NCBI GenBank assembly: GCA_965247125.1 | Contig: CBDFGO010000002.1 | Location: 497,618-561,617, forward strand | Direction: 5' to 3' | DNA length: 64,000 nt | Origin: Rhodothermales bacterium | GTDB lineage: Bacteria > Bacteroidota > Rhodothermia > Rhodothermales > UBA10348 | Part shown: positions 29,585 through 38,181 of the stretch, piece by piece | Position numbering within the stretch: the stretch's first letter is position 1 | Layout of the letters: every line of letters starts with the position of its first letter | Made by a program: the position numbers and the translations under genes | The notes under the pieces: generated by a model | Told to the model about the DNA's origin: nothing | Databases searched by the model: none | Seen by the model: only the letters and a program-made list of their open reading frames with translations

Positions 29585-30252
29585 GATTGGCCTCGTGATG
29601 AGAGTCCCTGCAGGCGGGCCTCAGAGATGGTGTGATAGGTGTCGGCGCTGCCTCCAGGCACATCGGGGTGGTGTAGCTTGGCCAGGCGCTTGAAAGCCCG
29701 ATCGATCTCATCGGCTGAAGCCCCCATATCGATTTCGAGTACGTCCCACCAGGCGGCGCCCGAGCCTTCGCCGGCTGCCGGCAACATGCGCTCCTCGAGG
29801 CCGGAAAAAACGCCCTTCATGATGTCGGTACATTTGTAGCGATCGAGGCCGCGCAGATTCTTGATCGTTCTGGCAATGGCGCGAATATTATCCTGTATGT
29901 TGTTCCAGGCATCACACGCAATCACCTTCTGCTGGTCGCCCAGGACGAAATAGACAGCAATGGCCGGGTCATCAGGATTGCGCCGCTGCGAGTAGAACTC
30001 TCCGTCCTGCCGAAGCGGGATATCGGTCGAGACCACTACGTTTTTCGCCTTAAGCAGACGCAATTCCGTTCTGAGGAATGTGCGCTCGGCTTCGAGCGTG
30101 CGCCGCAAGGTCTTGCCGAGATCGTAGTCGTAGCGGGTCTTCTTGAACGGAGACAGCTTCGGGTACTTAGTTCGCGGATATCCGAGTGGCCAGCGCAGTG
30201 GATATGCTTCGATGTCCTGCATGCTTTCGTGCCAGGTGTTGGGGTTCAACAA
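29581..30252 (-). CDS. phage J-domain (DnaJ-like) protein with uncharacterised N-terminal domain
   Basis: C-terminal J domain WWDVLEIDMGASADEIDRAFKRLAKLHHPDVPGG (HPD). N-terminal YPLRWPLGYPRT motif. ATGA overlap with the exonuclease gene. The start may be Met-11 (30222). Confidence 0.7.
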   Translation of the reverse strand: MLNPNTWHESMQDIEAYPLRWPLGYPRTKYPKLSPFKKTRYDYDLGKTLRRTLEAERTFLRTELRLLKAKNVVVSTDIPLRQDGEFYSQRRNPDDPAIAVYFVLGDQQKVIACDAWNNIQDNIRAIARTIKNLRGLDRYKCTDIMKGVFSGLEERMLPAAGEGSGAAWWDVLEIDMGASADEIDRAFKRLAKLHHPDVPGGSADTYHTISEARLQGLSSRGQS

Positions 30253-30577
30253 TTGTGATGTGTGGGCTTCGTATGGAAAACCCGACCTCGCCGATGCGCC
30301 AGGCCATGAGGTCGACGAAGTACATATTCCACTGCTGGCCGCGCTTGAAGGCTGGCAGGCCCCAGTGCTTTATCCACTCATCGATCACGGTCTCTCGCTT
30401 GACAGCCGATAGGACGGCTGCGTCGGACGCCGAAATGACGGTCTTCATCCGGATGGCGTGCTGGCGCCAGAGCTCGAGCTCGCGCTGCACAGGGCTCACG
30501 GCCCGCTCGACAGCGCTCTCGACGATACTGGCGAGTTCGCTCCTCGAGAGCCGGTCGATTTGAAGGACTTCGTTCAT
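30167..30577 (-). CDS. small DNA-binding protein, excisionase/MerR-like HTH (putative)
   Basis: The segment VISASDAAVLSAVKRETVIDEWIKHWGLPAFKRGQQWNMYFVDLMAWR resembles Xis/AlpA-type HTH. The 3' end overlaps the J-domain gene by more than 50 nt, so the true stop or frame is uncertain. Confidence 0.4.
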   Translation of the reverse strand: MNEVLQIDRLSRSELASIVESAVERAVSPVQRELELWRQHAIRMKTVISASDAAVLSAVKRETVIDEWIKHWGLPAFKRGQQWNMYFVDLMAWRIGEVGFSIRSPHITIVEPQHLARKHAGHRSISTALATRISAN

Positions 30578-33500
30578 AGCGGCGCCTCCTCGAGCTCCAT
30601 TTCTTCGGGCTCGGCCTGTGCCGGCGCCGGCGTCTGTTTTCCGAGCTCAATGCGATCAGGAATGCGGGAGGCGAACGAGGGGTTGTGCGTCACGAGAATG
30701 ACACGCGAGAACCGATCCTTGAGCCGCTCGAACATTTCGATGACCACGATCGCGCGCTCCGTGTCGAGCGCATCGAAGGTCTCATCGATTCTAATGGCGC
30801 CGGCGCTGCGCCCGGTGAGGCGGGCAATCCACCTGGTCATCGCGATGCGCAGAGCGATCTGAAATAGTCGCTTCTCTCCTCCTGAGAACCGAGAGACGTC
30901 GCGGCGTCCGTGCTGGTCGATGGCCATGATCGCCAGGTCTTCTTTCATGGATCCGTCGGCATTCTGGGTCTGCGTCTTGATCTCGATTGCAAACCTTCCG
31001 TCGGTCGCCTCACTGACGATCTCGTGGGCGTCCTGTTCGAGATCTGCCATCGACGCATCGAGCAGAAGCGCTTGGGCGCCCTTCTTGCCGAAGGCCTCCT
31101 GGAGCACGCGCAGCAGCGCCACACGGGCTTTCTTTGCGGAGGTGCGCTGGGTGTTTTCCCACACCGTTTTGCGGCGGACATTCAGCGCCTCGAGAGCCTC
31201 GGCAGTGCGAGCTCGGTGCTCTTTCGCCTCCACAACCTGCCCGTCGATCGAATCCTTGCGCAGCACAGCCTCGGTGGCCTCGAGCGCTGCCGCGGTGATG
31301 GCGCTGCGAAGGACATACAGGTCTGGGAGCAATTTTATCTGCTGTTCAGCAGCGGCCAGAACCCTGTGCCTCTCGGTCGTTCTAGCCTCGAGCTCTTCTT
31401 TTTTTGAGGCGCGATCGCGAAGAACGGGAAGCTGTTCAACTTCCGGCCGCAGGACCTTGGCCGTGGTCGTCAGGTTCGCCGCCTGCAGCTCTGTCAGGTC
31501 AGAGGGCGTAGGCGGAAGTTTTCGATGCGACTGCAGTTGGTCTTCGTACCCCTTCAGCGCTTCTCGGGCAGGGGCCAAATGAACTGCAGCGCTGGCGATC
31601 TTCAGGCTTGCCGCTTTGCACAGTTCCAGTCTGTTTTCCTCGGCTTCGATGAGCGGCCCCAGCCGCGCCAGGCCTTTCTTATTAGATTCCAGGCCGAGCT
31701 CCGCATCACGACCACGGGCTTTCCACTCTTCAGTTGATCCAACCTGAGCCTTCAGAGACGCCAGGATTGGGCACGGCGCGCAGTCGGTGCCGAACAGCGG
31801 GGAGAGCTGGCGTGACTCCTCGAGGGCCTTTACCTGATCGGCTGCCGAGGCGATAGCGGCGTTGAGTTCTGCGTTTTTCTCAACAAGCTGGCCCGCCTCT
31901 GTGTTGAGTTGGTCCAGCTGCACCTTGACCGTTGGTTGAGCCGCCGCGTTTCCCCGATCCGCATCGGTGATATCATAGAGCGCGATTGTGTTTTCCTGCG
32001 TGGCTATCGAGGTCGTTAGGTTGTCGTCAATCGTTTTCCATGATGAATATTTCTGGTGGGCTGAGAGTTGACCATCCGCGTACTCGAGCCGCGACGCTTT
32101 CGCCTCGAACGACGGGAGACTGGCTGCCGCCTGGGCCGCAGCGTCCGAGTCAAGCCTTGCTAGTTGGTAGTCGGTTCTCAACCGCGGGATATCGGGAGCT
32201 CCTTTGTGGGCCTCCTCTCCGCGGGCGAGGATTTCTTTGCGCCCCACCAAGGTGTCGGTGAGATTCTTAAGAACTGTGTCCGCGCCAGTCTGCTCTTTAC
32301 CCAATTCGAGCAGCTGTCCATCGACCCGGATGAGTTCTTCGTCCTTCGCCCTTATCTCCTCCGGCAGGCCCGCTTCGGCCTCGATGCTGCGCTCGATTTC
32401 GCCGAGTTCGGCGGTCTCCTTTGCGGCCTCCTGTTTTGAGCGCTGTGACAGCTCCTCGAGTCCGTCCGAACCCATGAGCTCGCCGAAAACACGGCGCCGA
32501 TCGACAACGGGCAAAAGACAGATGTCGCCGGTACCGCCCTGGCCCGAGAACCACGACACTAGCGCGCTCTGCTTACTTCCCAGAAGGTGCTCGATCGCCT
32601 TATCGAAATCTCCCACCTTGGGGCCGGCCACGATCCGAGGGGCGCCTGCCTCCATGATTTCGAGTGTGGCCTCGTGAGATTTCGTCTTCGCCGTCTGGTG
32701 AAGCCGTCGGCTGGCCACATAGCGATCCTCCCCGTACTTAAAGACCGTTCTGAGCTCGGAGGTGCCGCTACCGTTCTGGGTCATCACGTCGTAGAGTGGC
32801 CCCGGGTAGGATGGGAATTCCCCGTGGAGGCACGCAAAATCAGCTTCTGCGAGAATAGTCTTGCCCGTCCCGTTCGCGGCGAGAATCGCAACCAGGCTTC
32901 CGAATTCTGACCAGTCAATTGACAGATCAAGGTGCGGTCCGATCTCCTTGATGTGGGTCTCAATGATATCGAGCGTGCCGCCCCGGGCCGATCGCTGAAG
33001 ACCTGACGCGGAGAGCGCGCCCATCTCGAGAAGCCTCGCCAGCTCGTCGTGCAGCTCCTTCGTGATCTCGATATCGTTGGCCTTCAGATAGAGATCCAGG
33101 ACGGCGTGCATGTCCGAGAGTATGCCCTCGGGGATGTCGTCGATTCGGCGCTGAATCGCCTGGCGCTCAATTACCGGATCAATCTTGTCGCGCGGCCCAA
33201 TATCACCGATTTCCGCCGCTGTCGGCGTCCATCCTTCCGTCCGAATTCGGGTCACCTCTGCCGGATTTGTCACGGGTTTTGGCTCGCCCTGCGTCCAGAT
33301 GAGTGTCCGATACTGAGGGGCCTCGCGGAGCTCTACCCACTCGACCTCGTTCGAATCAGTGTCGTAGATCTCGAAGCCCTGGGGGTTGCCTTCTTCTCCG
33401 TGATTCAGTTGGCGCAGCGCCCCCACGTAGAAGGGCTGGCGCCGGTGAAAATCGCCGAGCGCGATATGATCGAAGCCGTATGCCAGGAGTTCATTTGAGC

Positions 33501-34029
33501 CGATCGCAAAGTGGCCGTGCTCGCAGTACTGAGTCCCCGACATGTGGGCACCGCGCACCTGGCCGTGGCCGATCAGTACTCTCGTCTCTGCCCTGACATG
33601 CTCGTCCTGGAGGCGAAGTGCTTCCTCAATACGGGGAGCCATCTGCGCCTCGTAGTACCACGGCACACAGTAGAATTCGATTCCTTCTCCCATCGGAATG
33701 CGCGATGGTTCTGAAATGACGGTAACATTGTCGAGGGAGGCCAGTGACCAGTTGGCCGAACGCGTCGTGTCGTTGGGCTTGTCGTGATTTCCATCAACCA
33801 GGTACCAACGAATTCCAGAGTTAGCCAGGAGACGGGCGACGGTCCACGTGATGCGCCCTGTTGATGCAGATCGGTCGTGAATGTTATCTCTATCGAACGT
33901 ATCGCCGGCGACAAATGCCGTGAATACGTCCCGCTCTACCATCGCGCGAATGGCCGCGCTCATCTGTGCTTCGAATACGTCGAGATCTGAGCCTCTGACG
34001 TGCAGGTCTGCTAGGATGGCAATCTTCAT
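30574..34029 (-). CDS. fused SbcD/Mre11-like phosphoesterase and SbcC/Rad50-like ABC ATPase (single ~1150-aa polypeptide)
   Basis: N-terminal nuclease motifs DLH, GDTFD, GNHD, GHG, GDFH. Walker A AANGTGKT. Coiled coil of about 500 aa with a central CAPC (C-x-x-C zinc-hook-like, 31771-31782). Signature FSGGEKRLFQIALRIA and Walker B IRIDETFDALD. The start is taken at MKIAILADLHV (34029) rather than the track start 34107. Confidence 0.8.
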   Translation of the reverse strand: MKIAILADLHVRGSDLDVFEAQMSAAIRAMVERDVFTAFVAGDTFDRDNIHDRSASTGRITWTVARLLANSGIRWYLVDGNHDKPNDTTRSANWSLASLDNVTVISEPSRIPMGEGIEFYCVPWYYEAQMAPRIEEALRLQDEHVRAETRVLIGHGQVRGAHMSGTQYCEHGHFAIGSNELLAYGFDHIALGDFHRRQPFYVGALRQLNHGEEGNPQGFEIYDTDSNEVEWVELREAPQYRTLIWTQGEPKPVTNPAEVTRIRTEGWTPTAAEIGDIGPRDKIDPVIERQAIQRRIDDIPEGILSDMHAVLDLYLKANDIEITKELHDELARLLEMGALSASGLQRSARGGTLDIIETHIKEIGPHLDLSIDWSEFGSLVAILAANGTGKTILAEADFACLHGEFPSYPGPLYDVMTQNGSGTSELRTVFKYGEDRYVASRRLHQTAKTKSHEATLEIMEAGAPRIVAGPKVGDFDKAIEHLLGSKQSALVSWFSGQGGTGDICLLPVVDRRRVFGELMGSDGLEELSQRSKQEAAKETAELGEIERSIEAEAGLPEEIRAKDEELIRVDGQLLELGKEQTGADTVLKNLTDTLVGRKEILARGEEAHKGAPDIPRLRTDYQLARLDSDAAAQAAASLPSFEAKASRLEYADGQLSAHQKYSSWKTIDDNLTTSIATQENTIALYDITDADRGNAAAQPTVKVQLDQLNTEAGQLVEKNAELNAAIASAADQVKALEESRQLSPLFGTDCAPCPILASLKAQVGSTEEWKARGRDAELGLESNKKGLARLGPLIEAEENRLELCKAASLKIASAAVHLAPAREALKGYEDQLQSHRKLPPTPSDLTELQAANLTTTAKVLRPEVEQLPVLRDRASKKEELEARTTERHRVLAAAEQQIKLLPDLYVLRSAITAAALEATEAVLRKDSIDGQVVEAKEHRARTAEALEALNVRRKTVWENTQRTSAKKARVALLRVLQEAFGKKGAQALLLDASMADLEQDAHEIVSEATDGRFAIEIKTQTQNADGSMKEDLAIMAIDQHGRRDVSRFSGGEKRLFQIALRIAMTRWIARLTGRSAGAIRIDETFDALDTERAIVVIEMFERLKDRFSRVILVTHNPSFASRIPDRIELGKQTPAPAQAEPEEMELEEAPL

Positions 34030-34190
34030 TGGGGTCTGATTTATCGGTTCAAAGGGCCAGTTTCTCGTAAAAGGTGACAGAGTCCCGCCCGGCGGTGGTG
34101 AAGCCACCCGCGGCCAGCGCCGCCAGGCAGGATCTGTCTGTGACCCGCGCCTCTGGAAAAGCGCCGATCACGTGGAGGAAAGCTCTGGGA

Positions 34191-35552
34191 TTAGTCGGCC
34201 TCTACCACCTCCGAATCCTCGCGCGTTTCCTCCGGTTCATCCGATCCATCTTCGGACGAAGTTTCTATCAGGTCGCGGTAGTAGTCCAGCATGTTTTCGG
34301 CATCCGCATAGGTGATGTCGACGAGATCACATGCGTAGTTTTCCATGCAGATATCTTCCATCTGCGTCCCCTCGTCGCCAGCCTCAGCTGCAGCGCGTTT
34401 CAAATCCTCCATGAGATCTGGTGTGGCCTTGAGCTCGACGGGAGAGAACTCGCGGAAGGGATTGTCGGGCTCCTCGTCCTGCCTGTACACCTCATCCAGG
34501 TGCGCGCACACCTCGTCTTTCGTGAGCGCCGGATAGTCCGCGTTCTCGAACAAGAAGGCGGATGCGGTCGCGGCGTGATCGTGAGAGTATCCAGCTGCAA
34601 GTGCGCTGAAAACAAGCTTCTTGAAAACGCCGATTCCGATGGTGACCACACTTCCGAGCATCTTGATCAGGATCGCCGCCTCCTGGTGGGTCAGGTCCGA
34701 GAGCATCGTCTCTTCGGGAAGGCCAAAGCGCTGGATTGCAGCTTCGTGGGGAACGTCTTCCTTGAAGCCACACTCTTGGCAAAGTCGCTCGATCGTTTCG
34801 AGCTGGCCATCGGTGACCTGGGCCTCCTGGTTTCGGCGCGCATTTTCCTGTTCGGCCTCGAAGAGATCCTTCTCATAGTCCTCAGCCAGTAGATCTTCAG
34901 CCAAGATCTCGGTGTCAGTGGCCAGGTCGATCCACCGACGTTTGCCAGCTTCGAAATCCTTCACCAGGCGGCAGAGATAGCTTCGCGGGCGAGTACCCGT
35001 TCTGTGCTGATCACACAGCCGCTTCAGGTTCTTTTTCTCGCCCTCGATACCGGCTTTATCATCTCGAGCGTTTTCTTTTTTCTCCTCCTCGAGCTCATCG
35101 ATCCGGCGAACAGAGGTGACCATCTGATCGCCCACTGCATTGAGCTCCTCGGCCGTGAGCTTGTGCTGGCCCTTAATCGACTTATGGGTCTCGCCGCTCG
35201 GCAGTTTGCCCTCCTTGAAGACCTCGGCGGTCACGAGCTTGAGGCCGTTGACATCCCCGTTACTGACGACGGATCCGTTTTCGTCTGAATCGTGTTCTTC
35301 GACACCCTCAGAATCCGGGTGTGTCTCGTCGTCGTGGTCGTGCAGCTGGCCACCAACCTCTTTTTCGGGCGCGCTGCCGCCAGTTTTGTCAGCGGGCGAA
35401 CCACCCCCGACGTCCTTGCCGTCGACGATGTCGCCGCCCGGCATGACGCTGGATCCGGACGTCTCGTCAGGCCCCGCCTTGTCGATTGCTGGCGCTTCAC
35501 CGCCGTCCATTGAGGCTAAAAAATGTGGAAGTGGAAAAAGGTGTGTTTTCAT
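34191..35552 (-). CDS. phage early protein, unknown function; G/D/E-rich N-terminus, coiled-coil middle, acidic C-terminus
   Basis: 453-aa ORF in the early operon between the SbcCD fusion and the RuvC-like gene. I recognised no family motif. Confidence 0.55.
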   Translation of the reverse strand: MKTHLFPLPHFLASMDGGEAPAIDKAGPDETSGSSVMPGGDIVDGKDVGGGSPADKTGGSAPEKEVGGQLHDHDDETHPDSEGVEEHDSDENGSVVSNGDVNGLKLVTAEVFKEGKLPSGETHKSIKGQHKLTAEELNAVGDQMVTSVRRIDELEEEKKENARDDKAGIEGEKKNLKRLCDQHRTGTRPRSYLCRLVKDFEAGKRRWIDLATDTEILAEDLLAEDYEKDLFEAEQENARRNQEAQVTDGQLETIERLCQECGFKEDVPHEAAIQRFGLPEETMLSDLTHQEAAILIKMLGSVVTIGIGVFKKLVFSALAAGYSHDHAATASAFLFENADYPALTKDEVCAHLDEVYRQDEEPDNPFREFSPVELKATPDLMEDLKRAAAEAGDEGTQMEDICMENYACDLVDITYADAENMLDYYRDLIETSSEDGSDEPEETREDSEVVEAD

Positions 35553-35566
35553 GATTGTTTGTTCGG

Positions 35567-36034
35567 TTAGAAGTCGTACACGAGCCGGCCGGCGTCTCGC
35601 GTATGTTCGTTGGTGCGGCCTTCATATCGCGTAAAGCGGCGAAATAGGGCAGCATCCCATTTTTTCTTGGTCGGCTTGACGGCCACAAACCGGAGGTGGT
35701 GGCGCTCGCAGTACTGGATCATCAGGCGCGCGAAAGCCTTGTTGCTCCCCACATCCTGGGCCATTTTGAGTTTGATGGCCAGGTCATTACCGTCAATATT
35801 TTTGCCGAATACAGGGCGGTTCTGGCCCGGATCTTCTATCAGCACGACAAGGCTGGCGGCTCGTGATAGGCCGGAAATCAGGCCAATGCCGTCCCAGAAG
35901 TCAACTGTCTTCAGCCAGAGGAAGCGGTGGCCGCGGCGATCCCAGACGGCCGCGCCCGTGTGGACACCCGCATCGATGCCGAGAGCGACACTTCGCCCGG
36001 TGGATGCTTGTATGAGCTCTGGAAATCCTTTCAT
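35567..36034 (-). CDS. RuvC-like Holliday junction resolvase
   Basis: VALGIDAG (first Asp), VLIEDPG (Glu), NEHTRDAG (His/Asp). The start at 36034 (MKGFPEL) is preferred over 36145. Confidence 0.6.
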   Translation of the reverse strand: MKGFPELIQASTGRSVALGIDAGVHTGAAVWDRRGHRFLWLKTVDFWDGIGLISGLSRAASLVVLIEDPGQNRPVFGKNIDGNDLAIKLKMAQDVGSNKAFARLMIQYCERHHLRFVAVKPTKKKWDAALFRRFTRYEGRTNEHTRDAGRLVYDF

Positions 36035-36131
36035 CCGAGCCCCCCAAGAACTGCGACGATCATAGCCACAATCAGTAGCAACTGGATGCCGGCTGAAATC
36101 CGCCCCTCGCCCTCTGGAATAAATTGATATC

Positions 36132-36482
36132 TCATGCCGCGTCACTCCGTCTCCATTCTTCCTTCAGCTGCAAATGCTTGCGCTGCAGGCGAGCGAATTC
36201 GTTTTTGAAGTACTCCGCAGTCTCTTCTGCACCTTCCCTACGCTCACGCTCGAGCTCGAGGGCGCGGCGAGCGCTCTCCTCGAGGACGTCGTATTCGCGG
36301 GACCGGCTCTCGATGGCCACCCTGACCACCAACATCGCGGCGCGAAAGCCTCGCCAGAATGCCAGGAATTCACCCTCTGGCAATCCTCGCTGCGCCTTCT
36401 TTGCCGCTATCCATGCGGGCCGGATCCAATCCATGATGGCCGCGGAGAATGATTCGTAGACGTCGGTGGTCGGTTCAGACAT
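36132..36482 (-). CDS. phage early protein, unknown function
   Basis: 116-aa ORF with a GGAGG 8 nt upstream of its ATG. Coiled-coil C-terminus. It overlaps the DnaC-like gene's stop by 8 nt. Confidence 0.5.
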   Translation of the reverse strand: MSEPTTDVYESFSAAIMDWIRPAWIAAKKAQRGLPEGEFLAFWRGFRAAMLVVRVAIESRSREYDVLEESARRALELERERREGAEETAEYFKNEFARLQRKHLQLKEEWRRSDAA

Positions 36483-37284
36483 TTGTCGCCTCCGGAGGAT
36501 GAATTCGAAAATTGCGGCCGGCCATCGGGAGAAAGGCGCTCATCTCGTAGAGGCGGTTGAATGTGCGCTCTCCGAAGCGTTCTTTGAAGTGCGCCGGGGC
36601 GATCAGATTGCTGGTCATGATCGTCGGCAGCGACCAGGAATTGCGGTGGTCGATGATTTCAAAGAAGAGGCGCTGGCGGTCCTCGGTCTCCTTCTTGATT
36701 TCGAGATCGCCGACGTCGTCGAGAAGCAGCACTTTTGCCTGCGCATATTGATCAATGCGGCGCTTGGTCTCGCCACCGGAATACGCCTCCTGGATGTCTC
36801 GAATCATCGCGCTGAAGGTGGTCCACCTGCCCCCTTCGCCGATCTGGGCGAGCAGCTCCTTGAACACCGCCGTTCCCAACCAGGTTTTTCCCTGGCCGAA
36901 GCTGCCGGTCAGCATAATGCTGAAACGATTCTGGCTACGGCCGGGAATACATCCCTCGAGCGCCATCTCTGTGGCTCGCTGCAGCGCTACGGCCTTATCG
37001 GGCTCCTTGTTGAAAATCTGGCAGTTCGTCTCGATATCTGCACCGAAAAAGATCTTCGGCACGTGAGCGAGCTCCATCAAGTAGTTCAGCTTCTGAGCTG
37101 GCGTCTGTGGCGCGGCCAGGTGGCGCTCTTGCGCGCCGATCGGCTCGTTCGGATTCTCGCGCCCGCCTTCGAATTCGGCATCCATCCTCTTCTTCACCTC
37201 GTCGGACAGATAGCTGGAGTTGCTCCACGCATCGCGCATATTTCCCATCTGGTCGGAGATGGGTTTGGGGGCGTCAGTTCTCAT
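36475..37284 (-). CDS. DnaC/IstB-like AAA+ helicase loader
   Basis: Walker A LTGSFGQGKT and Walker B VLLLDDVG, followed by LPTIMTSNL. It sits immediately downstream of the initiator-like gene. Confidence 0.8.
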   Translation of the reverse strand: MRTDAPKPISDQMGNMRDAWSNSSYLSDEVKKRMDAEFEGGRENPNEPIGAQERHLAAPQTPAQKLNYLMELAHVPKIFFGADIETNCQIFNKEPDKAVALQRATEMALEGCIPGRSQNRFSIMLTGSFGQGKTWLGTAVFKELLAQIGEGGRWTTFSAMIRDIQEAYSGGETKRRIDQYAQAKVLLLDDVGDLEIKKETEDRQRLFFEIIDHRNSWSLPTIMTSNLIAPAHFKERFGERTFNRLYEMSAFLPMAGRNFRIHPPEATNV

Positions 37285-38140
37285 AGGTGTCCCCGAATTC
37301 GTCGTTGAAGGCGGTGTCGTCTTCGCGCCGTTCGATCCCGGATCCAGCCTGCGAAGCGAAAACGTCGAAGACGCGCTCCTTCTGCCTGTTGAGCGATCGC
37401 AGTTTTATCGCGGTGCGAATGTTGCGGTTGGCAATCCACCAGTTGTCAGGCTGGAAGAGCCACTCGAGAATGGTGGCCACCTGGTGTTCGCTGTATCCGT
37501 CGACGCGGATCAAGAGATCAAACTCCTTTGCCCAGATCTGCATCCGGTCTGCACGCTTGGAAGCGTTCAGGCGAGAGGTGGCCACATCCAGGCATCCGAG
37601 GCGGGCAAGGCTCTCTGCGAAATAGATAGCTGTTTGCAGAGGCCAGGAGTCTTCTTTAAAAGTTGGAGCCTCTTCTTCTTTATCTATATCTAAAGGTTCT
37701 TCTAAGGAAGTATGTTTTAAATCTATCGCGCGTGCCCGTGAAGCAAGACCTGTGCCATTCCCACCGGCGGGTATGGCTTTCCCGCCCGTGGGAATAGCCG
37801 CTCCTGATTCGTCGCCATTCCCACCCGTGGGTACAGCGTTCCCATCCGTGGGCATGGTATTCCCACCCGTGGGAACCTTGTGCCCATCTGCAGGCGGCAG
37901 AACGCACCGGAATCCGTCGTTCTCGGCGATCAAAATCGAGGCATCTACGAGCTGGTCGCGGCTGCGATAGAGCGTAGATCGGCCGAAGGGAACGACAGGC
38001 AGCAGGGCAAACAAATCTCCGAGCATGATGCCTTCGGCGTTCTGGTTATGTCGTATTGCGAGCCAGGTCACGATTGCGTTGGAAGAGACGTTTTTAAGGT
38101 GTTCGAAGGGTATCGGGTCACTGTGGAAGGAAGGAGTCAC
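37274..38140 (-). CDS. replication initiator (lambda O-like organisation: N-terminal wHTH, repeat linker, C-terminal domain)
   Basis: GTG start. The N-terminal ~85 aa are wHTH-like. The linker VPTGGNTMPTDGNAVPTGGNGDESGAAIPTGGKAIPAGGNG is encoded by the iteron array. The gene sits upstream of the DnaC-like loader. Confidence 0.6.
   Translation of the reverse strand: MTPSFHSDPIPFEHLKNVSSNAIVTWLAIRHNQNAEGIMLGDLFALLPVVPFGRSTLYRSRDQLVDASILIAENDGFRCVLPPADGHKVPTGGNTMPTDGNAVPTGGNGDESGAAIPTGGKAIPAGGNGTGLASRARAIDLKHTSLEEPLDIDKEEEAPTFKEDSWPLQTAIYFAESLARLGCLDVATSRLNASKRADRMQIWAKEFDLLIRVDGYSEHQVATILEWLFQPDNWWIANRNIRTAIKLRSLNRQKERVFDVFASQAGSGIERREDDTAFNDEFGDTYEN
37757..37876. repeat. five 18-bp iterons (consensus ATTCCCACCCGTGGGWAY), each an inverted repeat, on a 21-bp phase; putative phage ori
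   Basis: Copies at 37757 (attcccaccggcgggtat), 37778 (tttcccgcccgtgggaat), 37817 (attcccacccgtgggtac), 37838 (gttcccatccgtgggcat) and 37859 (attcccacccgtgggaac). Spacings are 21, 39, 21 and 21 bp. An AT-rich stretch lies at about 37650-37728. Confidence 0.75.
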
Positions 38141-38181
38141 ACGAGCACGTAGCTAAAGGGTGGCAAGGCCGAAGCATGTGA

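Noticed and set aside
34027-34050. Shared upstream motif AATCAGACCCC[AC]ATG at the starts of two early genes (34029 and 39491), with CAGACCCC also near 41641
   Set aside because: There are only two clear copies in equivalent positions. Other early-gene starts lack the motif, so it may be chance or a local duplication.
34074-37308. Plus-strand ORFs 34074-34892, 35004-35634, 35610-36065 and 36466-37308 opposite the early operon
   Set aside because: All are antisense to minus-strand genes that have recognisable motifs or tight ATGA-type coupling. Their translations are R/S/A/L-rich and motif-free.
37680-37970. Alternative-frame ORFs (37680-37907 minus, 37752-37970 plus) with repetitive W/H/G or P/V/G peptides
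   Set aside because: They are artefacts of translating the iteron array in other frames.
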